Shown here: piece by piece, positions 28,001 to 35,988 of the stretch
Layout of the letters: each line of letters opens with the position of its first letter
Position numbering within the stretch: the first letter of the stretch is position 1
NCBI GenBank assembly: GCA_022072085.1
Contig: JAJVII010000014.1
Coordinates: 67,182 to 131,181, forward strand
Origin: Phycisphaerae bacterium
GTDB taxonomy: Bacteria > Planctomycetota > Phycisphaerae > JAJVII01
Length of the DNA stretch: 64,000 nt
Direction: 5' to 3'
Program-made: the position numbers and the translations under genes
Notes under the pieces: model-generated
The model's input: the letters and a program-made list of their open reading frames with translations, nothing else
What the model was told of the DNA's origin: nothing
The model's database searches: none

Positions 28001-31000
28001 CTGGCCGACGCCCGGCGCCGGTCGCAGCCGCTCGTGGATACGGACGTTGGCGAACTCGCCGGTGCGCGACATGCCGACAGCAGCGGCCCGCGGCGGGTCG
28101 GGGTCGGCGGACGGGAACGGCCGAGTCAGCGCAGCCCGCACCAGCCGGTGGGCGAACCGTTGGCCGCCACGGACGGCGACCTCTTCGTTGTCGTCGCCGT
28201 CAGCCAGTTCGCGGGCCAGAACGTCCGCGTCGTCGTCGGCTGCGGGATCCAGGTCGATGATCGCAGGTCGGTAGTTGGGGAACTCGTTGGCCAGCGTGCG
28301 GGCCAGGCCCCACAGCCCGGCCTGGAGGGGTGCGGTCGGCTCCGCCGGTCCGGTCACCGGCTGGGCGCCGCGGGTCGCCAGCCACAGCCGCGGAGCCTGC
28401 TGGCGGGCGGAAAGTTCGCGGGCCAGATCGCAGAGGGCGACGCCGGTAGCCCGAGCCGCGTCATCGACGTCGGCCGGCGCGGCGTCATCGGGATCGGGCA
28501 GGTCGAGGGCCCAGAGATGCACGACGCCGCGCAGCGGCGCCTGCGGATCGGCGGCGGCAGCCTCGATCGCGCGGGCGATGCCGTCGCAGTTGGCGCCGTC
28601 GGCACGCCGGAGCAGCGTGCAGGTGTCGCTCTGCGCCGTCAGCCGCGACGCCAGCGCCTCGGCTGTGCCGCCGGCGTCGGCGAGGATCAGCCAACTGCCG
28701 GACGTGGCTGCGTCGGTCTCGGCGGGCGCAGCTGCGGGCTCATCCGGCGCAGCCGCCTGCGGCGGTGCGCTCGGCCCGCGGGCCAGCAGCACCACGCCGT
28801 CCAGCATCGCGTCGCTGCTGTGCGGCGGGACGTACTCGTGGATGTCGGTGAAGCCCTGTTCCCCCAGCAGCGTCCGCCAGCGGTCCAGCGGCAGGGTCAC
28901 GTGGGCAGGCCGCAGGTCTCGGTCGCGGAACCGCCACCAGCCGTCGAGCATGCCGAAGACAAGATCCGTCCAGCGGAGCGGGGCGGTGAGTTCCGTGAAA
29001 ACGATCACGCCGCCGGGGGCCAGCACCCGCCGGACGTTGGCCAGCGTCGCGCGGAGGTCCGCGGTGGCGTGCAGCACCAGCGGCGCCATCACCACGTCGA
29101 AGCCGCCGGGCGCGAACCCCTGGCTGATCGGGTCGGATTCGATGTCCAGCGTCTGGTAGCGGACGAAGGGGTAGCCGCGGAACCGCTGCTCGGCGTGCGG
29201 GAGGAAATGCCGCGACACGTCGGTGAAGACATAGTCGACCGGGCAGTGCCGGGCGGCCTCGGCGACCGCGGGCAGCACGTAGGCCGTCGTTCCGCCGGTG
29301 CCCGCGCCGATCTCCAGCATCCGCACCGTCCGCCGCGGCGGGGCCGCCCAGAGGATGCGCGCTACCAGGTCCTGGATCAGCAGGTTGCACTGCCGCATGC
29401 CCGGCGAATCCTGGTAGAGCCCCTCGGCGGCTGCGGTGTCGCCGCCGGGGAAGAGCAACTCCAGCGGATCGACTCGGCCGACCAGCACGCCGGCCAGGTT
29501 CCGCCCGCAGCGGTCGATCAGACGCAGGCGGGCCGCGGCGGCCGGGTGGTCGGCGACCAGGGCGCGCCAAACGGCGTCCACGTTGCAGGGCGGTTTCATG
29601 TCCGCCGGCGCGACGCGGCCGTCCGCGCCGAGCGCGACGATGCCCTCGGCTGCCGCGATCTCCAGCAGCCGTCGCCAGAGCTTCGCGTGCCCGTCGGTCA
29701 CCCCCAGCCGCTGCCGCAGCGACTCGATCTCCGCCGGTCCGTCGGCCAAGGCGTCGGCAAACCGCAGGTCGGCCAGCGCGTTTGCGATGTAGCCGGCGCA
29801 CAGCCCGTCAACCTCCGGCATCTCCGGGTCGAAGGGCGTCGCGTTCCACGTCGCCCGCCCGCCCGCGGCGATGTCGGTCAGTCCGCCCAGGCCCGCCAGC
29901 GCCGGCGGCGTCGGATCGCCCGGCAGCGGCGCGGGGAACCAGCGGAACTCGAACAGCAGGTCCTCGACCGTCGTCCCGCGGCTCTCGCCCGCGGGCGCGA
30001 CGGACCGGCAGCGCAGGCCGCGGATTTCCACCAGCCGTCGACCGCCGTCGTCGAGCACCGCCAGCGACGCGGTCAGTTCCTCCGCGCGACGGGCGACGTC
30101 GTACACGTGGCACCAGAGCGGCCGACCATCCAGCGGACCGGTGACGCTCATGCGATCGACGGCCACGGGCAGGTAGCAGGCGCCGGCTTCAGCGGCCGAT
30201 TGGCTGGGCGTCGCGCCAAGGACGGCCTGAAGGCAGGCGTCCAGGATCGCGGGGTGAACGTGGAACGCGCCGGCTGCTGCCGCTGCGGCGATGGGCGGCG
30301 ACGGGACGATGCGGGCCAGCGCCTCGCCGGGCCCGCTGAACAGCCGCTCGATGCCGCGGAACGCCGGGCCGTATTCCAGCCCCTGCTCAGCCAGCCGGGC
30401 GTAGCACTCGTCCGGGCCGATCTCGACAGTGCAGCGGGCGCGAATCGCCGCCAGCTCCGCCTGGCCGGACGCGTCGGCCTCAGCGCTCGCGGCGGGCAGT
30501 CCGGGCAGCGCCTTTCCGTCGGCGTGCAGTTGCCAGGGGTCGCCGCCGCTCTCGGCGCTCGATCGGCCGAACACGCGGAACGTCAGGCCCACCGGATCGA
30601 AGGTGGTGCATACGCTGCGGCCGGTTGCGCCGGGGAACATCGCGCGGTGGAACTGAACGTTCTCGACGACCACGCCCGTGCCGGCGTTGGGCTGCTGGGC
30701 CCGCACCGCGGCCGCCAACTCGAGGTAGGCCGCCGCGGGGAAGACCACCTGGCCCTGCACGCGGTGGTCAGTGAGGAAACCCGTCGCTTCACCGGCGGCT
30801 TCGATCGTCTGCTCCCACGCGGGCAGGGGCAGGCCCATCGGACAGCCGAGCAGGGGGTGGGCTTCGCCGTCGCGGGTCAGCACGCGCAGGCTGCCGGGGC
30901 TCTGGAACCAGTGCCGCGCCCGGTCCCACGGGTGCAGCGGCAGCGGTACCCGGTCGGGCCCGCGGCCGAGCAGGCCCGTCCAATCCAGCGCGACGCCGGC

Positions 31001-33622
31001 GGTGAACAGCCGGCCGGCCGACTCGCGGATGGTCGCGGCCTCCGGCTGGCCCCGCCGCAGCGACGGGACGATCACCGGGCCCGAGCCGTTGCCGTCGCCG
31101 CCGGGGACGCTGCCGGCGATGGCGCCGGCCAGCACCGGATGCGGGCCGATCTCGACGAAGACGCCGCAGCCGTCGTCGGCCATCCGTCGGATTGCCCCGG
31201 CGAACAGCACCGCCTGGCGGACGTTGCGCCACCAGTAGTCGGCGTCGAGGCAGCCGTCCTGCGTGCGGCCCTCATCGACGGTCGAGTAGAAAGGCGTGTG
31301 GCCGTCGGCCTGCCGGATGTCGCCCAGCGACGCCAGCAGCTCGTCGCGCATGCCGTCCATGTGGTCGCTGTGGAACGCGTACTGCACCCGCAGCGGGCGG
31401 CAGAATACTCCGTCGCCGTCCAGCTTCGCCCGCACGGCGTCGACCGCGTCGGCGTCGCCGGTGAGGGTGAGCATCTGCGGCGCGTTGAACGCGCCGATGA
31501 CCACGCGGCCGCGGTGCGGGGCGAGGTATCGCCGGGCCGACGGCTCGTCCAGTCCGACAGCCAGCATCCGCCCGCCGGCGGTGCGGGCGAAGTCCATGCA
31601 GCGTCCGCGGTGGAAGATCACGCGCAGCCCGTCGTCCAGGCTCAGGCGGCCGGCGACGCAGGCGGCCGCTACCTCGCCGGCGCTGTGGCCGACGCAGGCG
31701 TCGGGCGTCACGCCCCACGAATTCCATAGCGCCGCCAGCGCGACCTGGAGCGCGAACAGCACCGGCTGGGCGATCGAGGTCGAGGCCATCCGCGAGTCGG
31801 CTTCGTCGCGAGCGGCCAGTTCCTCAAGCAGCGACCAGGAGGAATGGGCGCTCATCCGCCGGTCGCAGTCGTGGATCACGTCGCGGAAGACGGGCTCAGC
31901 CGCAAGCAGCTCGCGGCCCATCGCCCACCACTGCGGGCCCTGGCCGCTGAAGACGAAGGCGATCCGCCGCCCGTCGCCCTCAATGCCCCTGCCGACGTGC
32001 AGGCCTGGCGCTTTGCCGGCGGTCCCGTAGTCGGCCAGCCGGCGGGCCAGGTCGCTCATCGAGTCGGCGACGACGGCCAGGCGATGGGGCAGGGCGGATC
32101 GCGACCGGGCCGCCGACCGGCAGAGGTCGGCCAGCGGCAGGTCGGCCCACGCGTCGGACGCGGCGCGGCGGGCGTAGCGATCGGCCAGCATCTCCAGCGA
32201 CTTTGGACTGCCGGCGGAAAGGCAGAGCAACTGAGGGGTTGCGTCCCGGCCGCTAGCGGCCGGGCCTGGATGAACAGCGTCGTCCGCGGAACTCAATAGC
32301 AGGTGGGCGTTGGTGCCGCCGAAGCCGAAGGAGTTCACGGCGGCCAGCACGCGGCCGTCCGGCGGCAGCGGCGTCGGGCGGGTCGGCACGCGGATACGCA
32401 GCTCGTCAAAGGGGATATCCGGGTGTGGGCTGTTGAAGTGCAGGCTGGGCGGGATCGTCCGATGGTGAACCGTCAGCGCCGCCTTGATCAGTCCGGCGAT
32501 GCCGGACGCGCTCTCGAGGTGGCCGATGTTCGTCTTGACCGAGCCGAGGTAGAGCGGCCGATCGGGCGAGCGCCCCTCGCGCAGCGCCGCGCCCAGCGCC
32601 TTGACCTCGATGGGATCGCCCAGCGACGTGCCCGTGCCGTGGGCCTCGAAGTAGGCGACGTCGGCCGGGGCGATCCCGGCGTCGGCGAGGACGCGGCGGA
32701 TCAGTTCCTCCTGGGCGGCGCCGCTGGGGGCGGTGATGCCGGGCGTGCGGCCGTCCTGGTTGACTCCGCCGGCCAGAATGACCGCGTAGATGCGGTCGCC
32801 GTCGCGGCGGGCGTCGGCCAGCCGCTTGAGCAGCACCATGCCCGCGCCTTCGCCGCGGCCGAAGCCGTCAGCCGACGCGTCGAACGACTTGCACCGCCCG
32901 TCAGGGCTGAGCATGCCCAGCCGGCAGAAGCCGATGTAGGGCTCAGGGCTGAGGATGAGGTTCACGCCGCCGGCCAGGGCCGCGTCGCACCGGCCGTCGC
33001 GGAGGCTGCGGCAGGCGAGGTCGGCCGCCACCAGCGCCGACGAGCAGGCGGTGTCGACTGCGACGCTGGGCCCGCCGAGGTTCAGGGCATGCGAGACGCG
33101 GTTGGCGACGATGCTGGTTGCGGTGCCGGTTCCCGAGTGGGCGTCGATGAGGTCGGACTCGGCCATGGTTGCCTGGGTCTTGGCGTAGTCGACGTTGGAG
33201 ACGCCGGCGAAGACGCCGACGGCGCTGCGGCGGCGGCGGTCGACGGGCAGGCCCGCGTCCTCCATCGCCTCCCAGCAGACCTCCAGCAGCAGCCGCTGTT
33301 GGGGGTCCATGCGTTCGGCTTCGCGGGCGGAGATGCCGAAGAAGGCCGCATCGAACCGGTCGACGTTCTCGACGAAGCCGCCGTTGCGGGTGTAGATCCG
33401 CCCGGGCTGCCTGGGGTCTGGATGGAAGAAGCGGTCGAGATCCCACCGCCCGGGGGGGATCGGCCCGATCGCGTCCACGCCGTCGTGCAGCAGACGCCAG
33501 AAGGCGTCGGCGTCGTCGGCGCGCCCGGGGAACCGGCAGCCGATCCCGACGATGGCGATCGGCTCGGGGGTCCGGAGCGCGGGCGCGTCGTGTGGGGCCG
33601 GCGACGAAGCGAATGTGGGCAT
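25088..33622 (-). CDS. Type I polyketide synthase, single highly reducing module: KS-AT-DH-cMT-ER-KR-ACP-TE
   Basis: 2844 aa. KS (DTACSSALVAADLACRSL, HGTGT), AT (GQGPQWWAMG, GHSAGEVAAACVAG), DH (HRVQGQVVFPAA), SAM methyltransferase (LEIGAGTGGTT), ER (IHSAAGGVGLAAVQIARSVGAEV), KR (VVTGGFGGFGLLLAGWLVERG), ACP (LGLDSLMAVELGNWI), thioesterase (GWSIGGVFAIKVAQAL). Confidence 0.9.
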   Translation of the reverse strand: MPTFASSPAPHDAPALRTPEPIAIVGIGCRFPGRADDADAFWRLLHDGVDAIGPIPPGRWDLDRFFHPDPRQPGRIYTRNGGFVENVDRFDAAFFGISAREAERMDPQQRLLLEVCWEAMEDAGLPVDRRRRSAVGVFAGVSNVDYAKTQATMAESDLIDAHSGTGTATSIVANRVSHALNLGGPSVAVDTACSSALVAADLACRSLRDGRCDAALAGGVNLILSPEPYIGFCRLGMLSPDGRCKSFDASADGFGRGEGAGMVLLKRLADARRDGDRIYAVILAGGVNQDGRTPGITAPSGAAQEELIRRVLADAGIAPADVAYFEAHGTGTSLGDPIEVKALGAALREGRSPDRPLYLGSVKTNIGHLESASGIAGLIKAALTVHHRTIPPSLHFNSPHPDIPFDELRIRVPTRPTPLPPDGRVLAAVNSFGFGGTNAHLLLSSADDAVHPGPAASGRDATPQLLCLSAGSPKSLEMLADRYARRAASDAWADLPLADLCRSAARSRSALPHRLAVVADSMSDLARRLADYGTAGKAPGLHVGRGIEGDGRRIAFVFSGQGPQWWAMGRELLAAEPVFRDVIHDCDRRMSAHSSWSLLEELAARDEADSRMASTSIAQPVLFALQVALAALWNSWGVTPDACVGHSAGEVAAACVAGRLSLDDGLRVIFHRGRCMDFARTAGGRMLAVGLDEPSARRYLAPHRGRVVIGAFNAPQMLTLTGDADAVDAVRAKLDGDGVFCRPLRVQYAFHSDHMDGMRDELLASLGDIRQADGHTPFYSTVDEGRTQDGCLDADYWWRNVRQAVLFAGAIRRMADDGCGVFVEIGPHPVLAGAIAGSVPGGDGNGSGPVIVPSLRRGQPEAATIRESAGRLFTAGVALDWTGLLGRGPDRVPLPLHPWDRARHWFQSPGSLRVLTRDGEAHPLLGCPMGLPLPAWEQTIEAAGEATGFLTDHRVQGQVVFPAAAYLELAAAVRAQQPNAGTGVVVENVQFHRAMFPGATGRSVCTTFDPVGLTFRVFGRSSAESGGDPWQLHADGKALPGLPAASAEADASGQAELAAIRARCTVEIGPDECYARLAEQGLEYGPAFRGIERLFSGPGEALARIVPSPPIAAAAAAGAFHVHPAILDACLQAVLGATPSQSAAEAGACYLPVAVDRMSVTGPLDGRPLWCHVYDVARRAEELTASLAVLDDGGRRLVEIRGLRCRSVAPAGESRGTTVEDLLFEFRWFPAPLPGDPTPPALAGLGGLTDIAAGGRATWNATPFDPEMPEVDGLCAGYIANALADLRFADALADGPAEIESLRQRLGVTDGHAKLWRRLLEIAAAEGIVALGADGRVAPADMKPPCNVDAVWRALVADHPAAAARLRLIDRCGRNLAGVLVGRVDPLELLFPGGDTAAAEGLYQDSPGMRQCNLLIQDLVARILWAAPPRRTVRMLEIGAGTGGTTAYVLPAVAEAARHCPVDYVFTDVSRHFLPHAEQRFRGYPFVRYQTLDIESDPISQGFAPGGFDVVMAPLVLHATADLRATLANVRRVLAPGGVIVFTELTAPLRWTDLVFGMLDGWWRFRDRDLRPAHVTLPLDRWRTLLGEQGFTDIHEYVPPHSSDAMLDGVVLLARGPSAPPQAAAPDEPAAAPAETDAATSGSWLILADAGGTAEALASRLTAQSDTCTLLRRADGANCDGIARAIEAAAADPQAPLRGVVHLWALDLPDPDDAAPADVDDAARATGVALCDLARELSARQQAPRLWLATRGAQPVTGPAEPTAPLQAGLWGLARTLANEFPNYRPAIIDLDPAADDDADVLARELADGDDNEEVAVRGGQRFAHRLVRAALTRPFPSADPDPPRAAAVGMSRTGEFANVRIHERLRPAPGVGQVEVEVHAAGINFSDVMKVLGIYPGLAPGELGLGIECAGVVRRVGPQVAGVRVGDRVMAAGPGCFATHVLLPAHALMPAPDDIAMVAAATMPVTFMTAHHALIDKAGLGRGEKVLIHSAAGGVGLAAVQIARSVGAEVLATAGTPEKREFLRRLGVRHVLDSRTLGWAADVMDATCGTGVDVVLNSLAGEAIAKGLAVLAPFGRFVEIGKRDIYADRPIGLAPFRKNIAVFSIDLDLAMRTRADLVRRLNAAVADRIAAGDYRPLPYRPMTMASASAALATLSRGSHIGKLVLTLRDHRLNAVVGSQSHPQLAPGDACVVTGGFGGFGLLLAGWLVERGTRHVVLMGRKGPPDRRSRDQIEAMRARGATVVEVLGDVTKPDDVARALAAAEAPGATLRGVFHAAMVLDDTLMADLDEATFLKVYRPKVVGAMLLHRMTADRRLDHFVLFSSISTVVGTAGQANYTTANAVLDSLAARRRARGLPGLSINWGYLAEVGTVAAAPEVAERFKSFGLAGFTPTQALDTLGRCMSADATHLTVCNMDWARYGARMREKGLGATKFEFVCPADSDSGPATSGESEELRRAVLAADQADRPALLLAAMRTQIAGVLGQSAEQLDIDRSLTDLGLDSLMAVELGNWIESSLGVHLQTMEVMSGPSVSQLSRLILGRLSPESAATERSAAAPAAADSPAVVTLRSHGERTPLFCIHAGGGGVAVYRALADALTPGRTVYGIDCRAPDGGRTDIEHATLDALADDYAARIRAMQPASPCCLTGWSIGGVFAIKVAQALERSGRAVGFVGLIDTSRPSAALREGIARNSADAIADLLNAGSADNSMTAQAVREVVELDESLRSHPRAERAARLVQWYTDRRMLPAGMPADLMSRRLELLEHHGDLAASPGVIRLAAPVFQWRAADPLAGGGGDRDGEWSDASSAAVRVATLPGGHFTLLRPPHVTALAAGITAAFETVGLR

Positions 33623-33852
33623 GGGCGATTCCGTGGCTGGGCGGCTCCCCGCGCACCGGACGATGCGAACGGCTCAGTCGCGGTCGGATCCGCGGCTGAG
33701 GCTGGCACATAAGCGCAGCTCACCGTCGCTGTCGGGGCGCTGACGACCGGGACGTCAGGGAACGGGTTCTTCAGGCCACGTTATAACCGCCCGCGGCGGG
33801 TCGAATCAACACTTGCGATGAAGGGGTTGCGACGGACGGCCGAGCGCGTCGA

Positions 33853-34902
33853 TCAGAAGCGGATCGCCAGGGCGGCCTGGATGATGTGGGATCGCCCGAA
33901 CTCGGGGCGCAACTCCGGCAGCATGTCATACTGGTAGCCGACGTCCAGCGAGACGTTCTTGGAGAAGAAGAGCGAGGCCCCGGCACTGAAGCCCGCGTTG
34001 CCGCGCACATCCAGCGAGCCGGATGCCCGCAGGAACAGGAAGTCCAGCACGCGGTGCTCAATGCCGGTGCTGAAGCGGTGATCGTGCAGTGCGTTGCCGC
34101 TGTCGTTGCGGTAGTAGCCGTAGGCGTAGTCCAGGAAGACGGTCGAGAGCTTTGCGTATTCGTATGAGACGCCCGGCCGAATGAGGATCTGCTGCTGCGT
34201 GTCCTCCAGTTTCACGCGGACCGGCCCGTGCATGGTGAAGGCCAGCGCCTTGGTCCGCACGGGCTGGAAGGCATACTCGCCGATGAGGCCCAGCAGCCAC
34301 TTGTCGCAGGGTTGGTAGAGTCCGCCGAAGCGGAAGCGATAGCTCTCGGCATGGGATTCGGAGACCCGCAGGGCGCCCATCTTCTGCACGACCTGGGCCT
34401 CGGCGAAATTGAGGGTCGCGCCGACGGCCCAGTTGTCAACGCGCTTGCCCCACTGCAACTGGGCGGTGTCGACCTTGTAGTTGAACTCCAGGCCGGTCGT
34501 GCGGAGTTTGGCGCCGTTGCTGCGAATCTGGCTGAGCGTCGGTTGGAACGTGCCGAAGTCGCGCGTGTCCCAGGTAACCGACTCGCCGACCAGGTTCAGG
34601 TTCGTCCCATTGTCGAAGCGGACGTTGGCGTAATACGGAGCGGCGACCAGACCGAGCTTGGCCGGCAGCTCGAACCAGTCGGCGGCGGCCGGGTTGATCG
34701 CCGACGAGTAGCGATTGGCGACCGTAGGCCCGCCAAACGCGGAAACCTCCGTGAACCGGACGAAGGCAGGGGGCATGCGCACGGAGAACGCTTCATCGCT
34801 GTAGTCGTCGCCGGCGTCAGCGACGGCGGGAAAGGCGAACAGCAGAGCGACAATCCATGCCACCCGTGTCGGTCGAATTGTGCGTTTTCGAGGTGAGGAC
34901 AT
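33853..34902 (-). CDS. Outer-membrane beta-barrel protein (putative)
   Basis: Signal peptide MSSPRKRTIRPTRVAWIVALLFAFPAVADA from ATG at 34902. Alternating amphipathic beta-strand pattern. C-terminal ...QAALAIRF ending in aromatic Phe as in OMP beta-barrels. Immediately upstream of the PKS on the same strand. Confidence 0.6.
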   Translation of the reverse strand: MSSPRKRTIRPTRVAWIVALLFAFPAVADAGDDYSDEAFSVRMPPAFVRFTEVSAFGGPTVANRYSSAINPAAADWFELPAKLGLVAAPYYANVRFDNGTNLNLVGESVTWDTRDFGTFQPTLSQIRSNGAKLRTTGLEFNYKVDTAQLQWGKRVDNWAVGATLNFAEAQVVQKMGALRVSESHAESYRFRFGGLYQPCDKWLLGLIGEYAFQPVRTKALAFTMHGPVRVKLEDTQQQILIRPGVSYEYAKLSTVFLDYAYGYYRNDSGNALHDHRFSTGIEHRVLDFLFLRASGSLDVRGNAGFSAGASLFFSKNVSLDVGYQYDMLPELRPEFGRSHIIQAALAIRF

Positions 34903-35130
34903 GATCGTTGTTCGGCTCACATTGTAGGGACAAGGACGCGACAGGCAATACAAATCCATCGCCTTCTCTAGGCCGTCGCAACTGATTCTCGTTTCGCGTT
35001 CGAGGTCGGCGTGCAAGGACGGCGTTCACTCCGGTCCCGCTTGCCGCGCACGCCGGCGGCGCGGTAGAGTCGGTTTGCGGTGCTCTGAGAATCCGCCATC
35101 TGAGCAGCGGGCACGCGCTCGCTGACGCTC

Positions 35131-35150
35131 GCGGCTAAACGTTTAGCCGC
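35131..35150. promoter_or_regulatory. Perfect 20-bp palindrome in the divergent promoter region between the OMP-PKS-MMPL operon and rsmJ
   Basis: gcggctaaacgtttagccgc equals its own reverse complement. 50 bp upstream of the rsmJ ATG and about 230 bp upstream of the minus-strand OMP gene start. Confidence 0.35.
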
Positions 35151-35199
35151 AACCGTGAGGGACGCGGGGTGGGCAGGTTGGGGAACGAACCGAGACCAC

Positions 35200-35988
35200 A
35201 TGATGCAACCGGTCGCCGTCATTGCCGACTTCGCATCGCTCCGGCAGACGCCGGATGCGGACGACCAGCGCACTCGCGCAGCCGATTTGGCTGAGCGGCT
35301 CGGGCTGCCGCTGATCGGCCAGGCCGACGCGGGCGGGTTCGAGTTGCTGCTGGCGGTAACGCCGGATCGGCTGGAGCTGCGCGAGGCGGCGGGCAAGGCC
35401 GCAATCTGGGTGGACTTCGCCTCCGGGCCGATGGGCCATCGGCAGCGCTCGCCGCGGTTCGGGGCGTCGATGCTGCTGCGCGCGGCCGGGCACAAGGCCG
35501 GCGCGGAGTTGACGGTCTGCGATGCGACGGCCGGGCTGGGGCGCGACGCGTTCCTGCTGGCGCGGGCGGGCTGCCGCGTGACGGCGGTGGAGCGCTCGGG
35601 CGTGATTGCGGCCCTGCTGGCCGACGGGCTGGCGCGGGCGGCGGCGGACGCGGAACTGGCCGAGTCGGCTGGGCGCGTGACGCTCGTCGTCGCCGACGCG
35701 CGGGAAGCGCTGGCCGGGCTGTCGGCCGACGTGGTGTGCCTCGATCCGATGTTCCCGCAGCGGGGCAAGTCGGCGGCGGTGAAGAAGGAGATGGCGCTCT
35801 GCCGGCGCGTCGCGGGCGAGGACGCCGACGCAGCCGGGCTGCTGGCGGCGGCGCTGCGGACCGCGCGGTCGCGCGTAGTGGTCAAACGGGCGCTGCGGTC
35901 GCCGCCGCTGGGCGAGGGGGTGGCCTATTCATATCGGGGGACGACGATCCGCTACGACGTCTATCGTTCGGTTGACAGCGTCGGGTAG
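35200..35988 (+). CDS. rsmJ: 16S rRNA (guanine1516-N2)-methyltransferase RsmJ (YhiQ family)
   Basis: VCDATAGLGRDAFLLARAGCRVTAVER, LDPMFPQRGKSAAVKKEM and RVVVKRALRSPPL closely match recalled E. coli RsmJ motifs (VVDATAGLGRDAFVLA, LDPMFP..KSALVKKEM, RVVVKRP). ATG at 35200. Confidence 0.85.
   Translation: MMQPVAVIADFASLRQTPDADDQRTRAADLAERLGLPLIGQADAGGFELLLAVTPDRLELREAAGKAAIWVDFASGPMGHRQRSPRFGASMLLRAAGHKAGAELTVCDATAGLGRDAFLLARAGCRVTAVERSGVIAALLADGLARAAADAELAESAGRVTLVVADAREALAGLSADVVCLDPMFPQRGKSAAVKKEMALCRRVAGEDADAAGLLAAALRTARSRVVVKRALRSPPLGEGVAYSYRGTTIRYDVYRSVDSVG

Noticed and set aside
26669-31729. 1686-aa plus-strand ORF
   Set aside because: Entirely antisense to the PKS gene, which has unambiguous catalytic motifs. 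Product is low-complexity Arg/Gly/Ala/Pro-rich. Typical high-GC antisense artefact.
32303-33712. 469-aa plus-strand ORF and several 200-300-aa ORFs in this interval
   Set aside because: Overlap the KS domain of the PKS in antisense or alternate frame.
33790-33812. Possible terminator hairpin (ccgcccgcggcggg) downstream of the OMP gene
   Set aside because: GC palindrome without a convincing U-tract on the relevant strand. The OMP and PKS are probably co-transcribed.
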